A DNA stretch of 27,255 nt from Promethearchaeota archaeon (lineage in GTDB: Archaea; Asgardarchaeota; Heimdallarchaeia; Hodarchaeales; Hodarchaeaceae): positions 1 through 27,255 of the forward strand of contig JBHLMN010000031.1 of assembly GCA_048938105.1 (NCBI GenBank), in the 5' to 3' direction. Below, in pieces: positions 1 through 8,888 of the stretch. The notes under the pieces were generated by a model that was not told where the DNA came from, did not search any database, and saw only the letters and a program-made list of their open reading frames with translations. Numbering within the stretch: the stretch's first letter is position 1; each line of letters starts with the position of its first letter. The translations under genes were made by a program, and so were the position numbers.

Positions 1-169
1 TCTAGGCCCGACTTTATGAATCAGGAATGATCTGCTTTTATTGTAAGCAATAAAAGCATAGGTATCAAGGAACGGTTGACGGATTGGACACGAAAAAGAA
101 AAAAAAGGCAATTAAAGATATTTATTTGATCAGCCATATTACGAAAGAGATTTATGAAGGATTTAGCTC

Positions 170-1306
170 CTATTCAAAATCATATGGATAGTTGGTTAAT
201 ACCAGAGGTTTGTTCTTACCAACTACAACGGTATCTTCTATTCTGACTCCCCAAGCATTTGTATAAATTCCACAATTACCAATCGCTACAGGAATGTTTT
301 TTACAAGAGGTGGAGGTGCTTTTTCTCCGTGAAAGAAAGCATGACCAGGCGGTAAAGGAGCTTCTTCAAAGTTTATTCCAATACCATGAATAGGGGGGCC
401 AAAGATGTTATCTCCATACCCCGCGTCTTGTATCACACCATGAAGTGTTTTTTCAAGTTCGACCATTCCGATTCCCGTAGTAGCTCTTGCTGTAGTGTTT
501 TGTAATGCTTCTAAGTATACTTCATGCGCCTTAACTTGTTGAGATGATGGTTTTCCCACACATGACATCCGACAAATGTCTGAGGAATAGTTGTTTACTA
601 TCGGGTGAAGATCAATCATGATTATGTCACCAGTATTGACCTTTCGATTGGTTGGTATTCCATGAGCAATACGTGTTCTGATTCCACTTGCCACATAAGA
701 TCGCCAGAACCCTTCAGCACCAGCTTGACGCATAACATACTCCCCTTCTCCAACAATTTGGCTTTCAGTCATACCTGCTTTTATCGTTGACAGAGCAGCT
801 TCCATTCCAATTGCAGCAACTTTAGCTGCTTCTTGCATCAATTCAATCTCGATTGGTTCCTTGATCATCCGCATTTGGGAAAGAATATCTGTACAATCCT
901 TAATTGCTACCTCTTCTGGTTTAGCATGTGGATGAGTCATCATTCCCATCATGGATTTTGTTAGAAAAGTATATTCTAAACCGACAACACCTTTCTGGAT
1001 GCCAAATTGTTTAAAGAAATCAGCTATCGAGTGAAGCATCCCTACTTCATCTTCAAAAGTTGTTATATAATTAAATCGAGCAAGATCAGTTACATCTTCC
1101 TTATCTGTTTGTGGTACTCCTATTGCTACTTCTCCATTGCTTGTAATTAGTGTATATGCACATAATCGCCCATCCCCCGTTAGATAGAACATATTTGAGG
1201 GTTTAGTTAGCAAAATTACATCCATACTTTCATTCTTCATTTTTTGGGTGCATTTTATCACCCGCTGATCAAAGGTTTTTTTATCCAGTTTTACATTCAT
1301 TCTCAT
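170..1306 (-). CDS. M24 family Xaa-Pro peptidase-like protein (creatinase N-domain + M24 domain)
   Basis: Motifs IAHG, DLHPIVNNYSSDICR, IHGIG, GVRIEDT; abuts the upstream fprA stop (operon). Confidence 0.9.
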   Translation of the reverse strand: MRMNVKLDKKTFDQRVIKCTQKMKNESMDVILLTKPSNMFYLTGDGRLCAYTLITSNGEVAIGVPQTDKEDVTDLARFNYITTFEDEVGMLHSIADFFKQFGIQKGVVGLEYTFLTKSMMGMMTHPHAKPEEVAIKDCTDILSQMRMIKEPIEIELMQEAAKVAAIGMEAALSTIKAGMTESQIVGEGEYVMRQAGAEGFWRSYVASGIRTRIAHGIPTNRKVNTGDIIMIDLHPIVNNYSSDICRMSCVGKPSSQQVKAHEVYLEALQNTTARATTGIGMVELEKTLHGVIQDAGYGDNIFGPPIHGIGINFEEAPLPPGHAFFHGEKAPPPLVKNIPVAIGNCGIYTNAWGVRIEDTVVVGKNKPLVLTNYPYDFE

Positions 1307-2497
1307 TTATTCTCCTTTTAATATTCCTAACTCTTTATGTTTCGTAACAATTTCTTCAGTTAATTGATCTAATCTGTGAAAATCTTCTTCTCGTGGTTTA
1401 CCTTTGACAATTACAGGATTTAATAACTCTAATTTCAATTTCGGGATCAGTTTAACAATTTGATCAACCACACTCCCTTTCCACCCAAAGGAACCAATTA
1501 CAGTCGCATATTTAGCTTTGGGCTTAATTAAATTTGCGAGATATGCTGCATAGACAACAGCAGGATGAGGGCCTGTTAATACTGTGGGAGAACCGATTAT
1601 AATTGTAGCAGTATCAACTAAACTCATTGCTAATTCCCCAATATCAGTTGCTGTTAACGGGAAAACTTTCACTACTATTCCTTTCTGAATTAGTTGGTCT
1701 GTAAGATAATTAACCATCTTTTCTGTGCTCTGATACATAGAAACATATGGAATTACTACCTCATTCTTAACCTCATCAGAGATCCAATCTCGATAAGCAT
1801 CAATTATGAAGTCTGGGTCATTGTAAATTAGTCCATGACTAGTAGCAATCATTTCTAGTTCTAAATTGCTAAGAACATCAATATATTTCTTGATCATTTT
1901 TCGAAAAGGCATCATGATTTCAGCATAATAACGCTTTGCAGCATAATAGACTTTAGAATTATTTGATGCAAAAATTTCACTAGATGCGATATGATTCCCC
2001 AAAAAATCACAGGTGAAGAGTATTTTTTCACTCTCAAGATAAGTAAACATTGTTTCAGGCCAGTGAACCCAAGGAGCTATAATGAAAGATAAAATACGGT
2101 CACCTAGATCCAGTGTACTTTCTTCTGTAACAATAGTAAAATTCTCTTCATCCATAAGAAGTAAATCTACCAAAATAGACTTGCATTTTTCAGTACAGAC
2201 AACTTTTGCCTCTGGATATAGTTCTAACACCTTAGGGATCGCACCAGAATGATCAGGTTCTGCGTGGTTTGCTACGATATAATCAAGTTTTTCTAAAGAT
2301 AAAGATTTTAGATCTTTAAGAAATGGATCTATTTTTCTTATATCAGAGGAATCAACTAATACAGTATGTTTTGTTCCTTTAATCACATAGGCATTATAGC
2401 TAGTTCCATCTGGTAAAGGAATTAATTCATCAAACAGTCTTCTTTCCCAATCTCTAGTATTGATAATCCAAATATCTTTTGCAATTTCACTTAGCAT
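1307..2497 (-). CDS. fprA: FprA family A-type flavoprotein (flavodiiron protein)
   Basis: GTSYNAY, NHAEPDHSG, HWPET, CDFLG, SHG diiron motifs plus C-terminal flavodoxin domain (YVSMYQST, GSPT, GSFGW). Confidence 0.95.
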   Translation of the reverse strand: MLSEIAKDIWIINTRDWERRLFDELIPLPDGTSYNAYVIKGTKHTVLVDSSDIRKIDPFLKDLKSLSLEKLDYIVANHAEPDHSGAIPKVLELYPEAKVVCTEKCKSILVDLLLMDEENFTIVTEESTLDLGDRILSFIIAPWVHWPETMFTYLESEKILFTCDFLGNHIASSEIFASNNSKVYYAAKRYYAEIMMPFRKMIKKYIDVLSNLELEMIATSHGLIYNDPDFIIDAYRDWISDEVKNEVVIPYVSMYQSTEKMVNYLTDQLIQKGIVVKVFPLTATDIGELAMSLVDTATIIIGSPTVLTGPHPAVVYAAYLANLIKPKAKYATVIGSFGWKGSVVDQIVKLIPKLKLELLNPVIVKGKPREEDFHRLDQLTEEIVTKHKELGILKGE

Positions 2498-2498
2498 C

Positions 2499-2873
2499 TC
2501 AATTATCTCTTAGATCCTCATATAATGAAATAATTGGGAAAATAACTTGTTCCATCTTAAGTTTCATTACCTGAATTAATTGGTCAAGTACTGCTTTCCC
2601 ATGCTTTGTGAGCTCATATTTTCTCTTTGTTCTACCACTTTCGTGTAAGGTCGACTTTACAAGTGTTTCAGATTCCATTTTTCTTAATTCTGAATAAATT
2701 GTACCTGATTTAGGAATAATATAATTGTCAGTATGTTTTTGGACGTAAGACATCATTTCATAACCGGTTGAGTTTGGGTATTGAGCTATGATGACTAAAA
2801 GGATGATTCTGATAATAGGTAACGATTCTAGAAGATTTACACCGGAACCTTCAGTGTTTATTCTACTTTTCAT
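2499..2873 (-). CDS. PadR family transcriptional regulator
   Basis: TGYEM...SGTIYSELRKMESETLV...RKYELTKHGK winged-helix signature; first gene of the operon. Confidence 0.9.
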   Translation of the reverse strand: MKSRINTEGSGVNLLESLPIIRIILLVIIAQYPNSTGYEMMSYVQKHTDNYIIPKSGTIYSELRKMESETLVKSTLHESGRTKRKYELTKHGKAVLDQLIQVMKLKMEQVIFPIISLYEDLRDN

Positions 2874-2874
2874 T

Positions 2875-2910
2875 ATATCTAGATCCCAAATAGGTAGCTA
2901 ATCTAGATAT
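2875..2910. promoter_or_regulatory. Perfect inverted repeat ATATCTAGAT-N16-ATCTAGATAT, candidate PadR operator
   Basis: 10-bp arms at 2875-2884 and 2901-2910, directly upstream of the PadR ATG. Confidence 0.55.
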
Positions 2911-2949
2911 GTAAAAGTTTCTTTCTACGAATAACAGAAATCATCTACG

Positions 2950-2970
2950 AACTCCGTCAAAGGCTGGATT
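2950..2970 (+). repeat. Dispersed GGCTGGATT-core repeat, left arm + core only
   Basis: AACTCCGTCAAAGGCTGGATT is identical over 21 nt to 14681-14701; the right arm is replaced by unrelated sequence. Confidence 0.9.
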
Positions 2971-2975
2971 GATAA

Positions 2976-3167
2976 GCTGGATCAAAAGTCACGACAAAAT
3001 CGCACTTTCGGGATGAATTCACGACGAGTGTCCAGCATCGTACCGTCATGAGCGGCCTCGTGGCACCTGGGTTTTTTGGCTTCTTCTACAGGAAACTCGG
3101 TAGTTCCAGCATGGGAAATGCCTTCTTGAAGGCACATAAGACCTACTTCGAGAAGCAAAACGAGTGA
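2976..3167 (+). pseudogene. 5'-truncated, GC-rich gene fragment (C-terminus of an unknown, possibly SRPBCC-like protein)
   Basis: Open frame AGSKVTTKSHFRDEFTTSVQHRTVMSGLVAPGFFGFFYRKLGSSSMGNAFLKAHKTYFEKQNE*, preceded by an in-frame TAA; about 48% GC by hand count (2981-3160); third codon positions mostly G/C. Confidence 0.6.
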
Positions 3168-3283
3168 ATCCACGGATGTTTGAAGAACGACGAGGATATC
3201 ATTCTCGAATGGTAAAGTAATTTAGCTAAATTCTGGAAATTTTTGTTATTCTCACTTTTAGATGTAATTGAATTAAGGAAGGG

Positions 3284-3291
3284 AAAAAAAA
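3284..3291 (-). terminator. Oligo-T tract, archaeal-type terminator candidate
   Basis: T8 immediately after the stop of 3292..4515 on the minus strand. Confidence 0.4.
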
Positions 3292-4515
3292 TCAACCGCC
3301 TCTATATGTCTGGTAATACATTCCTCCAATTATTAATCCTTCCTGCGTTACGAATACCACTTTATCTTCTAATTTAATTCTCAAAGCGGGTAAAGCACTG
3401 GATACATATGGTTGCATTGATGTCATAACAAATTCTGTTTGGATATTTTGCAAATTATAATTTCGATCTAAATTCTTTTTTACAATAGCAATTGCTTTTT
3501 TTTCGGAAATGTACGAAACTGGTCTTGAAAATACACAAAGTTCTTCAAATTGACCTGTATAAGCGTTTATAAGAACACTGAATTTCGTTTTTGGATAATC
3601 AAATTTAGATACTTCATATTTATTTGCAAATGGGACAATATAGTAATGGGGCAAACCTTCTGGAGACTTTAGAGGTGATTTTACAGATAATTCGGAAACT
3701 AGCATAGGACGCGAATCTTGGACGCCAGTGAAATATTTCAATAAAAATCTAGATTTATCTCTTAATCGTTCTTTAATATACTTTCGAGCCCTCTCAGCAG
3801 CTGCTTCTGGTTTTATGAAGGTTTCACCTACTCTTGTAATTTTCTCAACCTGGATTTGACCTTCCTCTTCTGGTGGTTCACCGATACCAACCCATTTATT
3901 ATACCACTCTTGACCACAAGTATTTGATGTCCCATGGAGGCCATTACAAGGTAATCCCCAATAGTAGGGGCCCTCCATCCATGCGGAACCTGCAATTTCA
4001 CGATAATCTACCGTCGGACCACCTAACCATTCCGAATAATACGGTACGTATAGTCCAATATATTCCAATGTTGGATTTGTCATTTGTCGAGGATCATCTG
4101 ATGTCTTATAATAAACTATAAGTTCCCAAAAATCATGCAAATGTGGACTGATGAGTGAAGCATATTTATAATTGGCCATCCAGCGCAATAACTTGAATAG
4201 AACTTCCTCTTTATTTGTGTCAGATACATCAACCCAATGATGTTGGGGAGGACACAGATCATTCAATGCTTTAGTTACTGCAAAAGGATCTGAGTACCAA
4301 CCAATTCCCCAAGGACCAGTTCCCCCTTCTTTATTGTTTGTCTGTATATAGTTCCAGATAGTAGTCTGATCAATAAAACAGGATGTTGCATTTGGAGGAT
4401 AACCATTCATTGCCATCTGACAGCAGGCAGGTCCACCCCAATCAGGTTCTTGCGTACCATATGAATCATCATGGGGCACTTGTTCTGTTAAATCCACTTC
4501 AAACATTTGATTCAT
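3292..4515 (-). CDS. Papain-fold C39-like domain protein with PepSY-like C-terminal region; catalytic residues appear substituted
   Basis: QEPDWGGPACCQM resembles the C39 Q-x-CGPAC-x-M motif; C-terminal YYIVPF...VLINAYTGQ; starts 1 nt after the VWA gene stop. Confidence 0.6.
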   Translation of the reverse strand: MNQMFEVDLTEQVPHDDSYGTQEPDWGGPACCQMAMNGYPPNATSCFIDQTTIWNYIQTNNKEGGTGPWGIGWYSDPFAVTKALNDLCPPQHHWVDVSDTNKEEVLFKLLRWMANYKYASLISPHLHDFWELIVYYKTSDDPRQMTNPTLEYIGLYVPYYSEWLGGPTVDYREIAGSAWMEGPYYWGLPCNGLHGTSNTCGQEWYNKWVGIGEPPEEEGQIQVEKITRVGETFIKPEAAAERARKYIKERLRDKSRFLLKYFTGVQDSRPMLVSELSVKSPLKSPEGLPHYYIVPFANKYEVSKFDYPKTKFSVLINAYTGQFEELCVFSRPVSYISEKKAIAIVKKNLDRNYNLQNIQTEFVMTSMQPYVSSALPALRIKLEDKVVFVTQEGLIIGGMYYQTYRGG

Positions 4516-4516
4516 C

Positions 4517-6922
4517 CTACCTTAAAGTCTGCTCCTTTTCAGTAAGGTTTAATTTCCAGATTTTTCCTTTATATCTTATTTTAAATCTTGCATCTGGAAG
4601 AATACATTCTGGGATATCAAAAATTTGAATATATGTCCCATCTGAATTGTCTTTTAATTCACTTACAGGTTTTGCCCACTGATATTTGATTGAAAAATAA
4701 CCTGCGTGACCTGGACCGATAAAGTGTCCAAATTCATCTTTGGGAATAAGTGTAAGTTCAATTCGAGCAATTTCATTTTTAATCCGTTTCTTCACGTGTT
4801 GAATGATGCTATTTCTGGGTGAGAACTTACCGTGGAGAAATTTTGTGATTCTCTGATTCCTTTGTAAGGAAATTCCATCCTTTGTTGCTTCATTTACCAT
4901 AAAAGTAAATGTAAATTTTCCATCTATCTTTGTATCTGCGAAGATTCCTTGATAAATCCCAGGGGAATATTTCGAATCTTTATCCTGTGAAATTTCCTTT
5001 AGCTGTACTTTTATGAGTGAATCTTTCTCTCTAGGAAAAGGTATTTTCTTATCCCGTATAATTCTCATTTTTCTGTGAAAGGGAACAAGAAGCTCATTCT
5101 CGATTTTTTTCGGATATTTTAGGAATTCTTCTTTACTTACTTTATTCTGATAAAACCATGTTCCTAGGCTTGTTTCTGGAACCCTGATAACAACCTGTAC
5201 ATTGTGTAAATTGGTGATAGGTTTCCCATTACGCTCAATATATAGCTGTAACAGAATTTTAGCTCCTGTTTCAAATGATAAAGCTCGCACATAAGGCCTA
5301 AATTGAGTGAAAGAACTACCGATGACACTGAAGTGATATTTTTCTGTCTCAGCTGACTTAAATTTGTTAGGTATAATTTTAATTTTCCAAGGATTCGTAT
5401 TTACTTTCTGATTTTGTCTTAAAAACGATTCATCGATCGTTACTAAAGTATACGTGCCACCATGTTTTGAAGTTACTCCAATGCCGTCTAATGGTACCAA
5501 TTGGCCGTCAGATGATGAAATCTCAATTATTAATCTTTGTTTTTGCATTGATACCCAGCTTAAGTAAAAGGTCACTAAATTCTCAGCTGTACTTATTCTA
5601 ACTTCTTCCTCATAAGTATCAGAAGCAGCTAATATTCCTAATGGATCAATAATACCCTCTATTCTAAGGCAATCAACAAGAATCTCTTTATAAACCTCAT
5701 GGAGTTCAGTTGCAGGATCCCATATCATTGGATCAAAACTCTCACCTGTGACGTCATAAAACAATCCTCCAGTTTCAGAGGCTAAAAATTCTAACAGAGG
5801 ATGATCTAAGTCTGAAGGACGGCCAAATCCTATTACGTAGACTCTTATACCACGTTCTTTCAAAATTTTAACAAGATCTTGTACCTCAGAAGAGCCTGGA
5901 TCAATAAAACCTGGACAATTATGATAACCATCAGATAACAACACAATTGCCTTATTTGAAGTAGGGTGGAGGATTCCTGAACATAATTCCCCTAAATTTT
6001 CTATAGCTGTTGAGATTCCTGCTAAAAGAGGTGTATTCCCCTCAGCAACAAGTTGAGGTAAAATGGTGTTTTGAGCATAATTGATTGTAAAATCTGTAAT
6101 ATCTAAAAGATTTAATAACAATTGACCAGTACATCCAGTACCAGATTGCCAAGGATGATTGGGAAACGTTGCCATTCCTAATTTTTGTCCAGTACCGTGA
6201 ATACCTAAGAGATCTAAAAATGGAATAATCGCATTTTTCGCGTGGTTTAACCTCTGTTTTTCAGGGGGGACCCCAGTATTACCCTCATGGCTCCAAGCCA
6301 TGCTTCCCGAGGTGTCAATGAGTAGACTTACTCCTGAAACTGCTTGGGTAGTACTCGTGAAGGGTTGTTCAGTAGAATACAAAATTAGCTCATCTAAATT
6401 ATTTTCAGCAAAGTCTGTTGTAACGTGTAATTCTTCTATACCCAACGGATCTGTGAACTGAAATAAACGCCAACTACCAGCAGAACCACGGTAACCTTCA
6501 ATCTGTTGATCTTGATCACGATTACGATAAGCTCTTACCGAGAGAAATGGTTGTGGATGGAGTGATGTGTAATCTGTAGAAGCTTTTATGCTTAAAGCAA
6601 AAATTCGCTTGTAAACCCAAGTAGAGGGATCATCTACCAACCAACCTGCGGCTTGACTATCAACAAAGTGTATTCTGATTTCTCCTCTTTCTGGAAATGG
6701 ATAAGTTCCATTACAATTAATATTTGAAAACGCAAACCATTTTCCTGTAGGGGGTGTATCAAAATTCCATACAACGGATCCTTGTCCAGAATCAATTGTA
6801 AAAACGATTTGCGTATCAGGATTACCATCTTCGTCCAAATCGACTAGGACAGAAATATATTCACCTTGACAGTGAACAAGATTTACTTCACCAAATTCAT
6901 CTATTACATCAGTTGTGGTCAT
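4517..6922 (-). CDS. Large VWA domain-containing protein
   Basis: MIDAS motif LLIDTSGSM, GNTPL, IVLLSDG, VYVIGFG, LASETGG; GGAGGT ribosome-binding site upstream. Confidence 0.9.
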   Translation of the reverse strand: MTTTDVIDEFGEVNLVHCQGEYISVLVDLDEDGNPDTQIVFTIDSGQGSVVWNFDTPPTGKWFAFSNINCNGTYPFPERGEIRIHFVDSQAAGWLVDDPSTWVYKRIFALSIKASTDYTSLHPQPFLSVRAYRNRDQDQQIEGYRGSAGSWRLFQFTDPLGIEELHVTTDFAENNLDELILYSTEQPFTSTTQAVSGVSLLIDTSGSMAWSHEGNTGVPPEKQRLNHAKNAIIPFLDLLGIHGTGQKLGMATFPNHPWQSGTGCTGQLLLNLLDITDFTINYAQNTILPQLVAEGNTPLLAGISTAIENLGELCSGILHPTSNKAIVLLSDGYHNCPGFIDPGSSEVQDLVKILKERGIRVYVIGFGRPSDLDHPLLEFLASETGGLFYDVTGESFDPMIWDPATELHEVYKEILVDCLRIEGIIDPLGILAASDTYEEEVRISTAENLVTFYLSWVSMQKQRLIIEISSSDGQLVPLDGIGVTSKHGGTYTLVTIDESFLRQNQKVNTNPWKIKIIPNKFKSAETEKYHFSVIGSSFTQFRPYVRALSFETGAKILLQLYIERNGKPITNLHNVQVVIRVPETSLGTWFYQNKVSKEEFLKYPKKIENELLVPFHRKMRIIRDKKIPFPREKDSLIKVQLKEISQDKDSKYSPGIYQGIFADTKIDGKFTFTFMVNEATKDGISLQRNQRITKFLHGKFSPRNSIIQHVKKRIKNEIARIELTLIPKDEFGHFIGPGHAGYFSIKYQWAKPVSELKDNSDGTYIQIFDIPECILPDARFKIRYKGKIWKLNLTEKEQTLR

Positions 6923-7367
6923 TAATTTCTACCTCCAATAACTTTAATTTACTACTGGATACTCCAAGAATTATCTGTAAGAGTAAAACTTTCTTTCAAT
7001 TTTCTAGTTTTTTCAAACCTCACGATATTGGTTCTGTAATACAATTACATTAAAAAAGGTAGCAGCAAAAAAATTACATTTTTCAGTGCTTCTTTTGCGA
7101 TGAAATTTTGCTAGTAAATCTAATCAAGCTTGTTTTCAATGCGGTTGAAAGAAGTTAATCTTTGATTGATTGATTTTGGGTCACATTCCTCGTTCATTAA
7201 AGATACAATGGATGTTTGAGTAATAGAATTGATGACCTATCATTTAAAAACGCCAAACCTTAATTTCTCATCATTCTAAGATCCCTAGTGAGTAAATTGT
7301 GTATATTTTTGAACGTATTCTTATGTAGGATAGTTCCTGGGAATTGTAAAAGAAATGTTGAAATCTG

Positions 7368-7402
7368 TATGGTGGTAATCCAGCCATGCAATGTTCGATC
7401 TA
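7368..7402 (-). repeat. Dispersed GGCTGGATT-core repeat, minus-strand copy
   Basis: Reverse complement TAGATCGAACATTGCATGGCTGGATTACCACCATA; shares TAGATCGAAC and ATGGCTGGATTA with 14004-14032, left arm 2 nt shorter. Confidence 0.85.
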
Positions 7403-7445
7403 TAATTTTCAAAATCTCTTCATTTGTGTCTTTTAATTCATGTTT

Positions 7446-7607
7446 TTAGACACCATTCATGTTCAAAAAAGATTCTATCCTCTCATTGAATTCTTCAACG
7501 TTTTCTAAGTTTGTTACATGTCTTGCGTTTGATATTATATCTACTTAACAGTTATAGATAAAAACAAAGGGTTTACACTCTCCTTTTAGACTATAATAAA
7601 TAATCAT
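7446..7607 (-). pseudogene. Alpha/beta hydrolase remnant with large internal deletion
   Basis: Translates MIIYYSLKGECKPFVFIYNC*VDIISNARHVTNLENVEEFNERIESFLNMNGV*: a typical N-terminus joined to a typical C-terminus, with an internal stop. Confidence 0.65.
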
Positions 7608-7832
7608 TCACCATTACTTAAAAAAACATCATTAAATCCCTTATCACTCAAAAATATAGCTTCTTTGGCCGAATATGATAATATCCCTTGAAAGATAGGA
7701 TCGTAATTCTATATTTAATTTAATAAGGAAATTGATCTAACTGACTTTGAAGCAATTCTAATTTTTTTGGGTGTCATTTGAAAGGATTGTTAAATACCTA
7801 GACAAAAAAATGCATAATTAGGAAGGATTTGA

Positions 7833-8102
7833 ATGCCTTGTGGTTTATGGTTAAATGCTTATACCCCTAAATGCTATCTAGTGAAAGATGAAGCATTAAT
7901 TGCTCATGGAGAACAATGTTTACGAGATTACGGGAAATTAACTATGAAAACCTGGAGTTTTTACGTTGATAGATATAATAGGAGTAAAGGATTGAGTAAA
8001 AACTCCCATATTGGAGATATGAGGATTCATGGGCTCCCTGAGAGTGTTACATCTCGTTTTGGGAACTTTGGAAACTTTAAGCGATTGTGTGGTGCTATTT
8101 AA
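7833..8102 (+). CDS. Small hypothetical protein, weak resemblance to homing-endonuclease-associated repeat (P...RFGxF)
   Basis: 89-aa ORF with upstream GGAAGGA; LPESVTSRFGNFGNFKRLCG. Confidence 0.4.
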   Translation: MPCGLWLNAYTPKCYLVKDEALIAHGEQCLRDYGKLTMKTWSFYVDRYNRSKGLSKNSHIGDMRIHGLPESVTSRFGNFGNFKRLCGAI

Positions 8103-8105
8103 GGA

Positions 8106-8411
8106 TTACTGTATCTTCCTCAACTTTCCTTTGCAATATGGACAACCGAATATTCCAGTCTGAGCTTCATAACAAGAATTACACACAAGACGAGAACAAT
8201 CAGAGCATTGATATGCTGGATCTGTTGCGGGATGATTCTGTTGATCAATTTGACAGAAAAAAGAGACTCGGTGATAACCAAAAAAGACTGTACCCTCAGA
8301 AATAGCAAAATTAACCTTATTAGAATTGGAACTTAACCAGTCCCTAATAGCTTGGGCTAGAATCAATCGAGTACTTTTCCTCAGTGTCGTCAATCCAGCC
8401 TTCTTCCTCAA
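8106..8411 (-). CDS. RING-like zinc-finger protein, probably a C-terminal fragment
   Basis: CQID...H...YQCSDCSRLVCNSC...CPYC; TTG start is doubtful and the first codons overlap a repeat core. Confidence 0.6.
   Translation of the reverse strand: MRKKAGLTTLRKSTRLILAQAIRDWLSSNSNKVNFAISEGTVFFGYHRVSFFCQIDQQNHPATDPAYQCSDCSRLVCNSCYEAQTGIFGCPYCKGKLRKIQ
8392..8402 (-). repeat. Isolated core AAGGCTGGATT of the dispersed repeat
   Basis: 11-nt exact match, but the arms do not match the consensus. Confidence 0.4.
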
Positions 8412-8582
8412 AAGTATTTAGGCAATTTTTCAACACGTAAATTAAGGTCAAAAACAAATATGAAAACAACTAGTTAAAAGTTTTAATCCAAAGGCATTAA
8501 TTGGGGCTAAAGTACAATTGAATATATATACCTTTAAAAAATCCATATTCACGGATAATCAACCAATCCTCCCTAATGAAGG

Positions 8583-8888
8583 ATGAAAGAAGTGTTAACA
8601 AAAAGGAAAATCATAGATTATCTGGAAGCTGAAATTCCTTTTCTCATGGAGGCATATCATGTTAATACAATTGGTTTATTTGGATCTTATGCTCGCGAGG
8701 AACAGAATGAAACAAGTGAATTAGATTTACTTTTTGAATTTACGAAACCAATCAGCTATTTTGCTCTTTTCAAGTTAGAGGATTATTTATCTGATAAACT
8801 AGGCGTTCGTGTCGAAATTGTTACTCCAGGTGGATTAAAAGAATTAATAAAACCAAAAATATTGAAGGATGTAGTTTATGTCAAGTAG
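8583..8888 (+). CDS. Minimal nucleotidyltransferase (MNT) antitoxin
   Basis: IGLFGSYAREEQNETSELDLL...LSDKLGVRVEIV; 101 aa; overlaps a HEPN remnant. Confidence 0.9.
   Translation: MKEVLTKRKIIDYLEAEIPFLMEAYHVNTIGLFGSYAREEQNETSELDLLFEFTKPISYFALFKLEDYLSDKLGVRVEIVTPGGLKELIKPKILKDVVYVK

Noticed and set aside
118-150. Possible degenerate site on the minus strand (TTCGTAATATGGCTGATCAAAT) after the M24 stop
   Set aside because: The position fits, but it needs indels in the core and has no right arm.
2982-3173. 63-aa minus-strand ORF from the track
   Set aside because: Shadow of the + strand fragment, which has the codon bias.
6930-7367. Long non-coding stretch as an ncRNA or IS remnant
   Set aside because: AT-rich, with no convincing stems, terminal repeats or transposase motifs.
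8500-8510. ATTGGGGCTAA, a 10/11 match to the right arm
   Set aside because: No adjacent core; could be chance.
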